DNA of 64,000 nucleotides from Octopus sinensis (Eukaryota): NCBI RefSeq assembly GCF_006345805.1, contig NC_043004.1:33790001-33854000 (forward strand). Direction: 5' to 3'. The position numbers and the translations under genes are program-made. Of this stretch, positions 24,765 to 37,565 are shown one piece after another (position 1 is the first letter of the stretch; every line of letters starts with the position of its first letter). The notes beneath the pieces are model-generated. The model did no database searches and had not been told where the DNA came from. It saw nothing but the letters and a program-made list of their open reading frames with translations.

Positions 24765-24985
24765 CATCATCATTTAACATCCGCTTTCCATGCTGGCATG
24801 GGTTGGATGGTTTGACTGAGGACTGGCAAGCTAAAAGGCTGCACCAGGCTCCAATCTCATCTGGCAAGTTTTCTAAAGCTGGATGCCCTTCCTAATGCCA
24901 ACCGCTCCGAGTGTGTAGTGGGTGCTTTTTACATGCCACCAGCTTGGGTGCCATTCAGTCAACACTGGTATCGGTGCCATGTAGG
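24765..24985 (-). mobile_element. Family C RTE 3' tail
   Basis: (CAT)n TTTAACATCCGCTTTCCATGCTGGCATGGGTTGG...GGTGCTTTTTACATGCCACC. Confidence 0.8.
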
Positions 24986-25684
24986 AATATATGTGTGTGT
25001 GTTTTTGTGTGTGTGTGTGTGTGTGTGTATTTGTATAAGAGCTGCTATCCCAGCAATGTGTTGCTGTATCCTCTTCCTTCTGTTTCATTTCTGCTACAAT
25101 ATAACTAAATTCTATAACACTTTTCTCGTCCGAACCAAACAGAAGAATATTTCCTGCGTTATTCCATTGTAATCCTTCGTCTCAAACATTACAATTCACT
25201 GAATTTTTGTTCTTCTCACATTTTCCAAGTCATTAACCCACAAAATTTCTATGAGGAACCCCAACCAGACTGACACCACAAGTCCAGAGGGCATTACCAC
25301 TTCTTGTAGTGCAAAATGGTGGTGGTGGTGGTGGCTGTTGCAGTCATAGTAATGGTGGTTTATTTACAAGAAAGAATCTGATGAGGAGGACCTTTCAAGG
25401 GCAGTTTATAATTTGAGCAAAGGTTGACATACTGCTACGAAAGTAAGAGATACTTGTATCTTTAGAACAAAAAAAATAAGACAATCCTCTGACCCCAACG
25501 CTCTGTCACTGTCTGTCTGTTTGTCTGCCTCTGTCTGTCTGTCTCTGTCTCTCTGTCTCTCTCCCTCTCTCTCTGCCTTTTATTTTATTCTACACTTTTC
25601 CACTGAAAATGGTTAAAATATATTCTATTTAACATTGAATATTTAGTTCTGAACTTGGTTTTCATGAGTGTAAAGCTTACTTAT

Positions 25685-25866
25685 AAAGTACCTCAGTAAA
25701 GTACACTGGCAAAGTACAATAACAATGTACATTAGTAAAACATTCTAGCAAAGCATGCTGGCAGAGTACACAAGCAGAATACACTAGCAGAATATACTGG
25801 TAAATTACATTAACAAAGTGCACTATCAAAATATGCTGTTAAGTACATTAGCAAAGTACAGTGGCA
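25685..25866. repeat. Degenerate 13-bp minisatellite, consensus AAAGTACACTAGC, about 14 units
   Basis: Units AAAGTACACTGGC, AAAGTACAATAAC, AATGTACATTAGT, AAAGCATGCTGGC, AGAATACACTAGC and others. Confidence 0.8.
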
Positions 25867-26599
25867 AATTTCCCATCAGCAAAAGCAGAGTTCAATCACT
25901 TTCATTCATTAATCAGAAATAGATTCAATCCAAAACAATAAACTGAGAAGAAAGATGAGGAAAAAGTAATTCTTCTTTTCAGTTTGATTAACTAATCCTT
26001 GACAATCGTTAAAATAATTAAAGAGGATTAATTTGTATTAAAGTAAAGTGAGAGCCAGAGTTGATTGTTTTAAACTTGCCAAGTTAAATACTCAATTAAT
26101 TTAAAACATAATCATCACAGAATCTAAGTACAACGGATCTTGTGTATCTCCTCGCTTTTACATTCAACAGAAAGTTCTAATTTGCATAGCACACTAATGA
26201 AATGCTCGTTTATTTTATTGAATGGTTTCTGCTCATCCACGTGCTAAGCCATTTCCTTCTGTTTGGTAAGAAAGTAAAAATATGTCGGCATCCATTGGAG
26301 GCATTTTGGTTTTTATTCTTCCTTTGTTTCTTCTGGACTTCTGTATGCTTGTTGGTGTCAGGATATTATTTAGAAACCAATAATGTTATATTAATGGAAA
26401 AACAATATCATCTTATACTGCTTTATGACATTGGATCTTAGAACCATCCTTCATAATAACTGTCTGCTTATAGACTACAGTTATCCAGTTTTTATGATCT
26501 CAGAGTTTTATAAATATTACAAAAGATTTGCTTCATAACATATGTGGAAATACACCCAACAGCTTTTTAGTGGATGTCATGTTCATACTTTATAGATTA

Positions 26600-26800
26600 T
26601 AATGCTAAAAAACACTGGTACTGGTGCCATGTAAAAAGAATCCAGTCGTGGTTGGCACTAAAGATGGCATCCAGCTGTAGAAACCATGGCAAAACAGAGA
26701 AAGAAACCAGGTGCAGCTCCCGGCCATGCCAGTTCCTGCCTAACCATCCAACCCATGCCAGCATGGAAAATGAACATTAAATGATGTTGAGGATGAGGAT
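26600..26800 (+). mobile_element. Family C RTE 3' tail
   Basis: GGTGCCATGTAAAAAG...GGCATCCAGCTGTAGAAACCATG...CCAACCCATGCCAGCATGGAAAATGAACATTAAATGATG. Confidence 0.8.
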
Positions 26801-28200
26801 AATGATGTTGCTAACCAATAAATGGCTTATGTTGCTAACTGAGGGCTAGTTTATGCTGGTAATTGATAAATAAATCACGTTGAAAAATATGTAGCTAACA
26901 TATGCCTTATTTTGCTAATTGATAAATGGTTTGTGTTGCTAACTAATGAATGCTTTATGTTGCTAACTAAGCAACGATGTGTTGTTTATTTTTTAATGTG
27001 GTAAAGTATGAAATAAAAAAATTTGCCTTTTCTATCAGAGCAAAGAAAATTTGTAGAAATTACTGCATTAGGCCACTATCAAGTTTGATATCAGAAATGA
27101 GTTACTTGGAACCTGAATAAAATATTAACAGGTATCTGAAGAATTTTAATTACAATAGTTATTAAAGACAGAATTAACATCATCATTGCCATGAGCAACA
27201 ACAACAAAGATTCATCTACTTAGTTATCTCAGCAACAAAATGAAACAGGGAATTCTCCCATTGACTTATTTTTGCCCGTTTTACAAATGGAAACACTTGT
27301 TTTACATAAACCTTTAAAATCTCTTGTCTACCAATAAAGATGGACACTCTCTGTGGTCAGAGACACAAACCAAACATTTCCTTTGGCCAGCTACTTTTAG
27401 CTTATTAGAACTGACCACGACAAACTAACTATAGAATCGTAATTGTTGTTGATTCTTTGATGTTTAAAGAATTTGACCATATTAAGTCATTTTAAACATA
27501 AAACATGTTACTCGAATCATTTGAAAAAGTGTAAAATTTGTATAATATAGCAAAATCTAATGTGACATTTTCAATAATCCACAAAACATTTCTACCTTTA
27601 CTGCCGATTCTAACAAACTTTTTAGATCATTCCAATTTATGGAGTCTAAATCTACTTTTGATTTCAATTTCATGTTAACTTGATATTTCAAATAATATTA
27701 TTTTCTTCTTATATTCATCTCAGGCAATAACATTTGGAAATCATTTGTGGTTTGTGTCGTTACTGGAATGAAATATCAATGTCAATATTAATGATTGGTA
27801 TGAATAACCAGAAGATGGAATTTGCAGTGTATCATCGTCAAAAAACACGGAGATTTCAGCCAATATCAAAATGAAATCTTAGCTGTATTGCTATGATTTA
27901 ATCAACTTTTTATTTTCTTCTTCAGCTGAGATAATTATCATCCAGCAGATGGTGTCATTCAATATGTGCACAAAGCACACACACATACACACACACACAC
28001 ATATATATCCAGAATAAATATATCAGAAGCTACTGAAGCTACTTACATGTATGTATAAATGCAAGTATATGACATGTATGTATGAATACATCATGTGTGT
28101 GCATGTGTGTATGTGTGTGTGTGTGAGTGTGTGTGTGTGTGTGTGCGTGCGTGTGTGCATGTGTGTATATATATATTTATATATACATATATATAATATG

Positions 28201-28234
<34 letters not shown>

Positions 28235-28350
28235 GGTATGTATATCTATATACATATATATTTATATAAATAAGGATAAGATCATTATTTGAAATAACGA
28301 TCTTATCAGGTGGCCAGCATGGAAATAAAAACCTCAAATTTAATAATAAT

Positions 28351-28436
<86 letters not shown>

Positions 28437-28452
28437 TAGATAGATAGATAGG

Positions 28453-28486
<34 letters not shown>

Positions 28487-28502
28487 TAAATTTATATATA
28501 TA

Positions 28503-28542
<40 letters not shown>

Positions 28543-29118
28543 AAAAAGATGTGTTATAATACTATTCTACAGACATGCCAACAATCCAACATACCTCCAT
28601 CATCAGCTGCCCTATAGATATCATTATGGTTTCGACACCTAGGCAGTACCATTCAATCTGACGGTGCCAACAGTACTAAAATAAGTGTTGCTTGGGAACA
28701 AACATACCAAAGAAACCACAACTTTCAAGCACATTTACCCAATGTACAACTGTATAGGTAAATAAATTCCATAAGTAAATTATAACCACTCCTAAATACG
28801 TAACTAAACAGTGACAATTCTATTAAGTCATATAAAAATTAAAATCCCTACTGTCTTCCATAGTGTAATGTAAACATAAAGCTTAATAACCATATTATTT
28901 CAGTCAATCAATATATAGACAAGATTAAACACTAACCTTACTAAAACTACAACAAGAGACATTTAAACCAATGTACATTGTATCGGTATTAATAGTGGAC
29001 TGCAGTAACTAAATTGTATGCTAAATTGCGATCCGTCTCTAAGTTCATATAAATAATTATCCCACTGGTCTTCCATAGATATTACTACAATGCAAGTTCA
29101 AACCTTATATATATACAA

Positions 29119-29160
<42 letters not shown>

Positions 29161-29161
<1 letters not shown>

Positions 29162-29299
29162 CAATATTTTATAATTACGAGTATAATTATAATTAGGGTT
29201 CAGCAAAGATTTGCTTTACCACATACTGAAGTTTAGAAATAGCAGCCAAAGAACTGCTGAACCCTAATTATAATTATACTTGTAATTATAAAATATTGT
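29161..29299. repeat. Fold-back element: 45-bp inverted arms around a 49-bp core related to 5641-5700
   Basis: 29161-29205 and 29255-29299 differ by 1 mismatch. The loop contains TTACCACATACTGAAGTTTAGAAATAGCAGCCAAAG. Confidence 0.9.
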
Positions 29300-29575
29300 T
29301 TAAGTTTACCGAGAAATGGTCCTTTTTCATGCTGAATTCTACTTGGAATTATTAATTACTAGTTAATTAATTAATTTTACCCTTTATTATTATTGATAAT
29401 ATATATATATATATGCAAACTGAAAATGGTAGATTTCTACTGGTGCTGGCATGGCTGTGTGGTAAGAAGTTTTCTTCCAACAACATGGTTCCAGGTTTGG
29501 CCCCACTATGTGACATCTGTGTTTGTCTCCAACTATACCAATAGGGGACATACACAGGTGTCCCTCATAGTTGCA

Positions 29576-29980
29576 GCCCTAAAATTTTGTACCTGACAGA
29601 AAGACCTAAGTTCCAGTGTTAGTTTGTTTATGTTCCTCTAACTTAGCACTACTTGGGTTGACTCATTTGACTAGAAATTCTTCAAGGCATTGCCCCAACA
29701 TGGCTGCAGCCTAATGACTGAAACAAGAAAAAAGACCAAAGAAAGATGTCATAAGACTAATACTTACTGGGTTAGTGCTGTAGCAATAAAGTTGCTGGGA
29801 CGGATCATACCTCATTCTTTATCACTCATTCTTCATCACTCACCCTTCATCACTCATTCTTCATCACTCATTCTTCATCGAACAGACCCATCTATTCTCT
29901 TTCTTTCAGCCTCAGACAGCCACAACCAAGCAACCCCAACCCTAACTAAGGACTTTCTGTCAGGTACAAAATTTTAGGGC
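29576..29980. mobile_element. MITE-like element with 37-bp terminal inverted repeats
   Basis: GCCCTAAAATTTTGTACCTGACAGAAAGACCTAAGTT (29576-29612) versus the reverse complement of 29944-29980, 2 mismatches. The interior holds a SINE B tail fragment and a 14-bp tandem repeat (TCACTCATTCTTCA). No TSD seen. Confidence 0.65.
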
Positions 29981-30259
29981 CTCTACTATGAGGGGCAGTA
30001 CAAAAAAAGGTAGTTCTAGCGAGATGGTAAGGGTGCTGGAAGTGGAAGTGAGTAGGTTTGTTCTGTAGAAGGGCTGCAATAAAAAATAACAGAGATTCCT
30101 TATCATCAACAAGGAACTCAGGATCGTGTCTCAGGTGTACACACTCGCTACAATCATAATACCCAGAGTGAAGAAAACCAAAGTTCCTTGAATTCTCTCT
30201 GCTAAATGACCTAAACATTTGCAATATGCATTTTAGAACGCTAAGTCACTAACACACAA

Positions 30260-31045
<786 letters not shown>

Positions 31046-32153
31046 ATATGAATATAAAACAATAACAAAAGCCGTATATTTCAAAACCAATGAATATATT
31101 TCCAGAATCTCAGAATCTTATCACTTTAAGATGCCTTAAAACCTTGATAAAGAAAAAAAACCCATTTTTTTAAAGACAAAAAAAAAAAAAGAAAGAAATA
31201 TGATCAAAATATTGTAACTATAAGAAAACAAAGCATTCTTCAGATATGTTTCCAATTTTAACACAAACAACCCAAATTATTTATGGCGAGGCTATTTGAT
31301 AAATATATGTATATAGAAATGTCTGCAAATAAAAATATTCATTGACAGAGAATGGTCTTAATAGATTTATTCCTTGTATTTACTCTGTAGATTTTAGTTT
31401 TGGTGAAAAGATTGGCATATGAAATTGGGTCTCTGAAGAAATTGACAGGAAACAGTGAATATCGGTTGTTGTTGTTGTTGTTGTTGTGGTTGATGTTGTT
31501 GTTGTTGTTGTTGTTGTCATTATTGTTGCGTTTCTTTCCTTTTCACGTTTGATTTCTCGCAAGATAGGATATTCATTTTCAGATTTTTGTAGGTTAAAAC
31601 TTAAAACTTAACAATAATTCCTTCTTTCTTCAGAAGTATGACGTATATCGCATACACATAAATACACACACACACACACGCACGCACACAAACACAAATA
31701 TACATATACACACATCCAAATGTACATATGTAGGTATACATATTTGTAAGTATGAGTGTGTGTATGTATGTTCATATGTGTGCGGTTATGTACACGTTTC
31801 ACTTTCATTTTGTTCCACATGCACATACATACATACACTCACTCAGTCTCGCACACACTCACACTAACACAAACACAAATGCACACTCATACAAATACAC
31901 ACACATACGCATACATACATATAATGTGTGTATATATATATATATGTATATACACATATACATATATATATATAAATATGAAAATATATATACACATATA
32001 AGAATATATTTATTAATATCTAGCAGAAATAAATATAAAAATATACGAATATATATAGATAAATGTATATATATATGCATTTATATATACATACATGTAT
32101 GTATGCTTCTTTACATATATGTATGTGTATGTATATATATAGATATATATCAC

Positions 32154-32215
<62 letters not shown>

Positions 32216-32746
32216 ATATATATATTATATATATGTATATATATGTATATATATATATGTGTATATATATATATGTGCCTATATATATATATATATTGAT
32301 TAGTTGTAGGATTTGTTAGAATCTTGGCACATCAACTGGTAGTATGCCAGTAATGGCTAGGTTTGATAATATAGTGAGTTACTATAGGATACTGTATATA
32401 TGTAAGTACCAAATCCAATTTAAACTGTAGACACAACTGAGAGATGGTGGCTGAATGTGCATTGTATTTAAAAAGAAGATCACAAACTTATGACAGCAGT
32501 TTTGATATAATGTTACTGATGTACTTGAAGAGTACATCTTAACATACAATTCATTATCAGGTAAAATTTTCAACAATTGTAAACAGGTGAGATAATATTT
32601 TGATGATGAATCCAACCAAAGTTATATACATATTCAGGCATATACTCATGTGTGTGGGTTTGTGTGTGCATGCACATTTGTGTATTAATTAATACTCATT
32701 AAATTAACTCATAATTTAACAAGTATGAATTATTAATTCTTACATA

Positions 32747-32967
32747 TGTCTCACCATTGCAGTTATATGGAACTCAGCACTGGATGTTCCAAATGCATTA
32801 GGATGCCTAACTGCAATGGCTCATCATAGGAACACTGTTACATTCTGTTACAGACACCGAATAACAAAATGTAATAAAGGACTTCCTTGGTGATCCATAT
32901 TGGTTTGGCATCCAAATGCACTAGGAACATCCATTGCTGTGTTTCAAATCGCTGCAATGGTGAAACA
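32747..32967. repeat. Old inverted repeat (about 63-bp arms, roughly 80% identical), MITE-like
   Basis: TGTCTCACCATTGCAGTTATATGGAACTCAGCACTGGATGTTCC... versus the reverse complement of ...GGAACATCCATTGCTGTGTTTCAAATCGCTGCAATGGTGAAACA. Confidence 0.7.
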
Positions 32968-35849
32968 TGTAAAAATTAAATGTTTATAGCTGGCTCATTC
33001 AGGCTCGTATAACCAAATCCAGTAACAGCATCTTCAATGAGCAGGGTTTCTCTCAGAAGCCTGCAAAATTTTAAGGCACAGGAACCTGAATCAAAACTGT
33101 TTTAAATAATAATATATGTCACTCTTACTAAATGGGCTGAGTGCCTTTTACTTTCATTTGTCCACTCTCATTTGTATATACATTCAAACATATATATACA
33201 TATGCATATATGATAAACACAGTAACTCTCTAACACTTGCCAACCACATACATCATCTCAAAAATACAAATAAACTCTATACTTTTTCATGGTCCATTCT
33301 GGATTCAGGGCTTCCCTACCAAGGAGAATGCTCAACCTGCAAGCTTTGACTGAAGGAGGCGCTTCACATATTAAAGCACAACTATCCAACACTGCTAAAT
33401 AAACATAATGAGGCCCTAAGCACATGCAACCACTGATTTTTCACACATTCAAATTCTACCACAAATTCAAATGCCTAAATGACCATACAGTATATTTCCA
33501 CAATACCTCTTAGGTAATCCCAATAACCTTATAAATCTACATTTTAACTCCTAATCCCTTTCTAATTCTTCTTTCATACTTGAATATCACAATCATTTAA
33601 TTGTATTTGTATGTATATGCGTGCGTACGTATGTATGTGTATGTGTGTGTATGTGTGTGTGTGTGGGGGGATGTATGTACGTATGCATGCAAGCTATACA
33701 TACCTGTGTGTGTAGGGTGATAGTACATACAGATACACATATGTACATGTGTGCATATGTACATGTACATATGAGTGCATGTTGTAAATAGACATGAGAT
33801 ATGCATGTTGTATGTGTAGGTGTTGATGTGTATAAATATCTATATACATGTTTAATATATGCATGTGTATACATCTTCACATATATATATTCTTCTACTA
33901 CTTAGCACTGACCTATACATATATATATATCAAATATATATATATGAATATATCTATGCTTTTTACTTAAACTAAAACCTTCAGGCATTCAATAAAAATA
34001 CGTTAAAATCAACTTCTGCAGGCTACATGAGGAGGAAACATGAGTGACTTGCAGCGAGTATTGCTTCCTTACAACACTTTTACATTTGCTGTACAAGATC
34101 CAGAAATTAAACCACAGTACTACAGGAATTTTATCATTTTTTCTGGAAAACAAAGAGTAATTTCTTTTGACATTTACATGCATAATTTGAATGAATGTTT
34201 AAATTATTTATATGAAAAAATTCAAAGCTGAATTTAACATTGAATATCTACTTTTCCATACTGAATTGCGTCTACAAAAATCACTGTGTTTTCCTTATTT
34301 CTTTTTTTAGTTTAAACTCTGTCAGTTCTGATTATAATATATTTTCTTTGCCATACCATATGCCACTCAATACCAACCTGAGAAGATTTTTAGTTCTCTT
34401 CATTAATTTATATTACATAGTCACATCAGCCAGGTCCTTTCTTCGAACAACATTTTGAGATCTTTTAATTTCAGCTGACTGCAGTTCAAACTATTTTTCT
34501 GATTTCCATTTTCTGTTTTGTTTATTTTGCATATGTCAAAAGCATACATCATTTATTTTCAGGAAGAAATTTTATAAAATGTGTTTTAGATACATAAATC
34601 TAAGTATGAATATATTATGAATCTTGAAGATATACTGTTAAGATGATATTTAAACTATTCAGCTGAGAGTTTCTCATAATTAAAATTATTAATCATTTTC
34701 AAGAATGAAAAGAAATACGATAATATTGTTATTTTAGCTTCCTTTATCCTAATAATTATAAAATATTCTTAACTAGTATGATAAATAAGGATAAATTAAG
34801 GACAAATAATGTATAATTGATAAAAATCTGAACCTTTTGTGAACATATTTTAATGAAATACACTGAATATATATTTCAATTAATTTTGAAAATAATCAAG
34901 AATTTGGAAGGATTCAGTAAAATAAGTTTGTTATTAATCAGATGGTGTTTGAAGCAGAACTTGGCAAAAAAGATTCTTCCATGATATTACGATGGAAGGT
35001 TTTAATTTCAATAAAACACTTTCAAACAGCAGTTTAGCTGAAGGTAGATCAGGCAGATTGGTATTGAAAGAGTTAAAAAGAAAAAAAAGTTTAATTGAAT
35101 TAATATTTTAAAAGTTTTCTATTGTAAATATTTCTATAAAATTTGCAAAATTTGAAATTCCCTACAGAGGCATTGTCATACAAGAAGCGTTTGAAATAAT
35201 AGGAATTTGGAGCAAGAATAATCTGCAAAGCACAAAAACTGTATTTAAAGCAACAGCAAGAAGTTTTCCAATGACAAATTTAATTGTTGTTGAGATTTTT
35301 GATTTTATCTTTAATAAACCTTCATAATGTTGCTTTCTATAGTTTATTTTGTAAAGAAAACTGGATGTTCAAGATAAAACTATCCAGATACAATGTGCAC
35401 ACTTAAGTTTGCATATGAAAGAAGTATTCTGTCTTTTCATTGGTAGTTTATGCAAAAGCATATTAAATAAAATATCATTCTGAAATCCATTTGACATTTT
35501 TAGAAAAACATTTTGCTTGACAAATTTTAAGGATGAAGACCAAAATTTTACACTTTTCTCCTGTGAGTTTTAAATCCAGTGAACAGGTCGCGGATTTTAG
35601 CGACGAAAATATTTTGACAAATTAAACTTAAATGTTGAAGTGAAACGAACGGCTTTTGTGTGTTCCTTAAATGGCTTACAAACACCTTCCACGCTGCAAT
35701 TGTTTTTGTTCCAGCACACAATCTCAGATCAAATCACTTGCTATGCGAGTACATCTCCATAATTTTCTGTTAATTTTAGACATAAAACTTCTCACAGCAA
35801 AAATGGACACGAGATGTTGTTGGTGTGATGATGCTAACTTCCAGTTTTT

Positions 35850-35990
35850 AGTTTTGTCATCCTCCTGATATCTTGCCATTTTCCAATGCTTGTTGTGGCA
35901 GCTGTAATCAATCCATATACAAACACTTCACAGGCATCACAGGAAATGTGGCAGAACAATGGCTCTGTAGGCCTTCAGCTTTGTGAGGGT
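35850..35990 (-). mobile_element. RTE LINE fragment, very degenerate
   Basis: Minus strand TKLKAYRAIVLPH resembles the RTE post-RT motif TKLKVYRAIVLPTLLY. GKWQD follows nearby. Confidence 0.5.
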
Positions 35991-37040
35991 GGGGGTGGGG
36001 CTGACTAAAAAGACCTAGTAAAGTCAATGAATGCAATGTTAGTCTTGTCAATTCTGATGGGGATTTCACTGTAGAGTTTGCCGTGACACATCAAAACAAC
36101 TGCCACCATATTTCAGTGGTGAGGGGAGGGTGGACAAAAAGAATCTACTTACCAATTATGGTCCTTAAGAATATTCTTGAGTAAACTTCATATTCTTCGA
36201 TGAATTTACCATTGTCAGTGGGTGTGTAGTGCTTCCCTAGCACACTCAGAATATACACTCTATAACACTGATGCAAGTAATTTTGCATAATGTGGATGCG
36301 TTTCTATGCAGGTGAGTATAAAGAGGTCTTTATATACCTGTATGTCTGTAAACATGCCTTTTGTAATGATTTTTGCTTATATAATGCTTTCTTGTGAAAA
36401 CCAACTGGAAGGTGATGAACTGTCTGTCCACCATTTGGCAGCAGGAGTAGAATGGTCTGCTCTGTTGAGAACAATATATGTAGAAGAGTCTTGTACTTTT
36501 GACAATGACTGATGGAGAATGAACCCAAGTTCTGTGTGCAGTAGTAGATGTGATTAGGGTTGTGAGTGACTGTAAGTAAATAGGCATCCCAGATGATAGA
36601 GTGCCCTTGTTAAATCATGCATATCAGTGATGATTATGACATTGTTTAAGGATGTGTTCATGGGTGACCAACGTTTTTGTTCAATGTGAAGCACTGGCAA
36701 TTCTGGACTTTCTCAGGTTTGTCTTTTGTTCACCACCTTTCTTTTGTCTCACTTATACGCCAGAACACGTTTTCTTATGAGACTGTACAAAGTAGTTATT
36801 TAAACAAGAGAGATTCAACTATGATTCTCAATTGATGCTGATGTCTTCTTGAGAGATCTTTAAAGCATAATCTTCTAACCAAACATATCCATTTCTAACA
36901 ACTCACTGTACAAATGACTTTCTGGAAATTGTTCCCCATCAAGGTTTTAGTAAGAAAGAAATTGGAGAGGACCACACCCGCTTCAGATAAATGACCCTGC
37001 TTGTTATGTAGGAAGGGTGCAGGTAGAAATCGATTCAGTT
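35990..37040 (-). mobile_element. Helitron Rep/helicase relic (PIF1-like helicase region)
   Basis: Frameshifted segments: KYKTLLHILFST...LLLPNGGQTVH (cf. TFLYKTLL...ALLLPGGRTAHS), HYAKLL (cf. LAKLL before IIWDE), YGGSCFDVSRQTL (cf. FGGK...GGDFRQTLP), and upstream NGYVWLEDYALKISQE (cf. GLLEDD..W..TL.EA). Confidence 0.65.
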
Positions 37041-37154
37041 CAAACTATGGACACACAATAGGTGCAGTGGAATAGTAGGAAGGTGAACAGAGAAAGTAAT
37101 GTTCATATGTGGAAGATGTACAGGAGCCATAAACATCACACCAACATCATGATT

Positions 37155-37565
37155 CATTATCATGTAGCTCTGCAGTTCATACACATGCACCATACAATCT
37201 TCCTTTCACTCAAAGAAGGAGACCTTTGGTTGCCAATAGAGGTAAAAACTCTCTCAACTTTCTCCAAACTCTATAATTATACTTTTGGTACATCTTCTCC
37301 CACTGCCAATTAGGTAATCTAAATAGCAGACATTATCTACCACTTCCAGAGACTGGTTTCATCAAATGTCCTGGAGAGTCTCTGGAAGTGGTTGATAATT
37401 TCTGCTATTTAGATTACCTAATTGGCAGTGGGGGAAGATGTACCAAAAGTATAATTATAGAGTTTGGAGAAAGTTGAGAGAATTTGGCAACCAAAGGTCT
37501 TCTTCTTTGAGTGAAAGGAAGATTGTATGGTGCATGTGTATGAACTGCAGAGCTACATGATAATG
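37155..37565. repeat. Long hairpin: about 190-200-bp inverted arms with a 22-bp loop, made of RTE RT sequence
   Basis: 37155-37354 versus 37377-37565: near-identical apart from a few substitutions and one indel of about 11 bp. Confidence 0.93.

Noticed and set aside
26202-26265. Hydrophobic ATG-initiated segment ending at G|GTAAGA (signal-peptide-like first exon)
   Set aside because: No supporting downstream exon. Hydrophobicity is expected from T-rich DNA.
28590-28670. Minus-strand 81-nt open segment YCWHRQIEWYCLGVETIMISIGQLMME between TTTTAG and GTATGT
   Set aside because: Plausible splice signals but no homology. Such pseudo-exons are expected by chance in 64 kb of AT-rich DNA.
34040-35330. 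Several short open segments with AG/GT boundaries on both strands (e.g. MSDLQRVLLPY..., KNDKIPVVLWFN..., MVFEAELGKK..., IILAPNSYYFKRF...)
   Set aside because: Phases do not chain into a coherent protein, candidates overlap on opposite strands, and none is recognisable.
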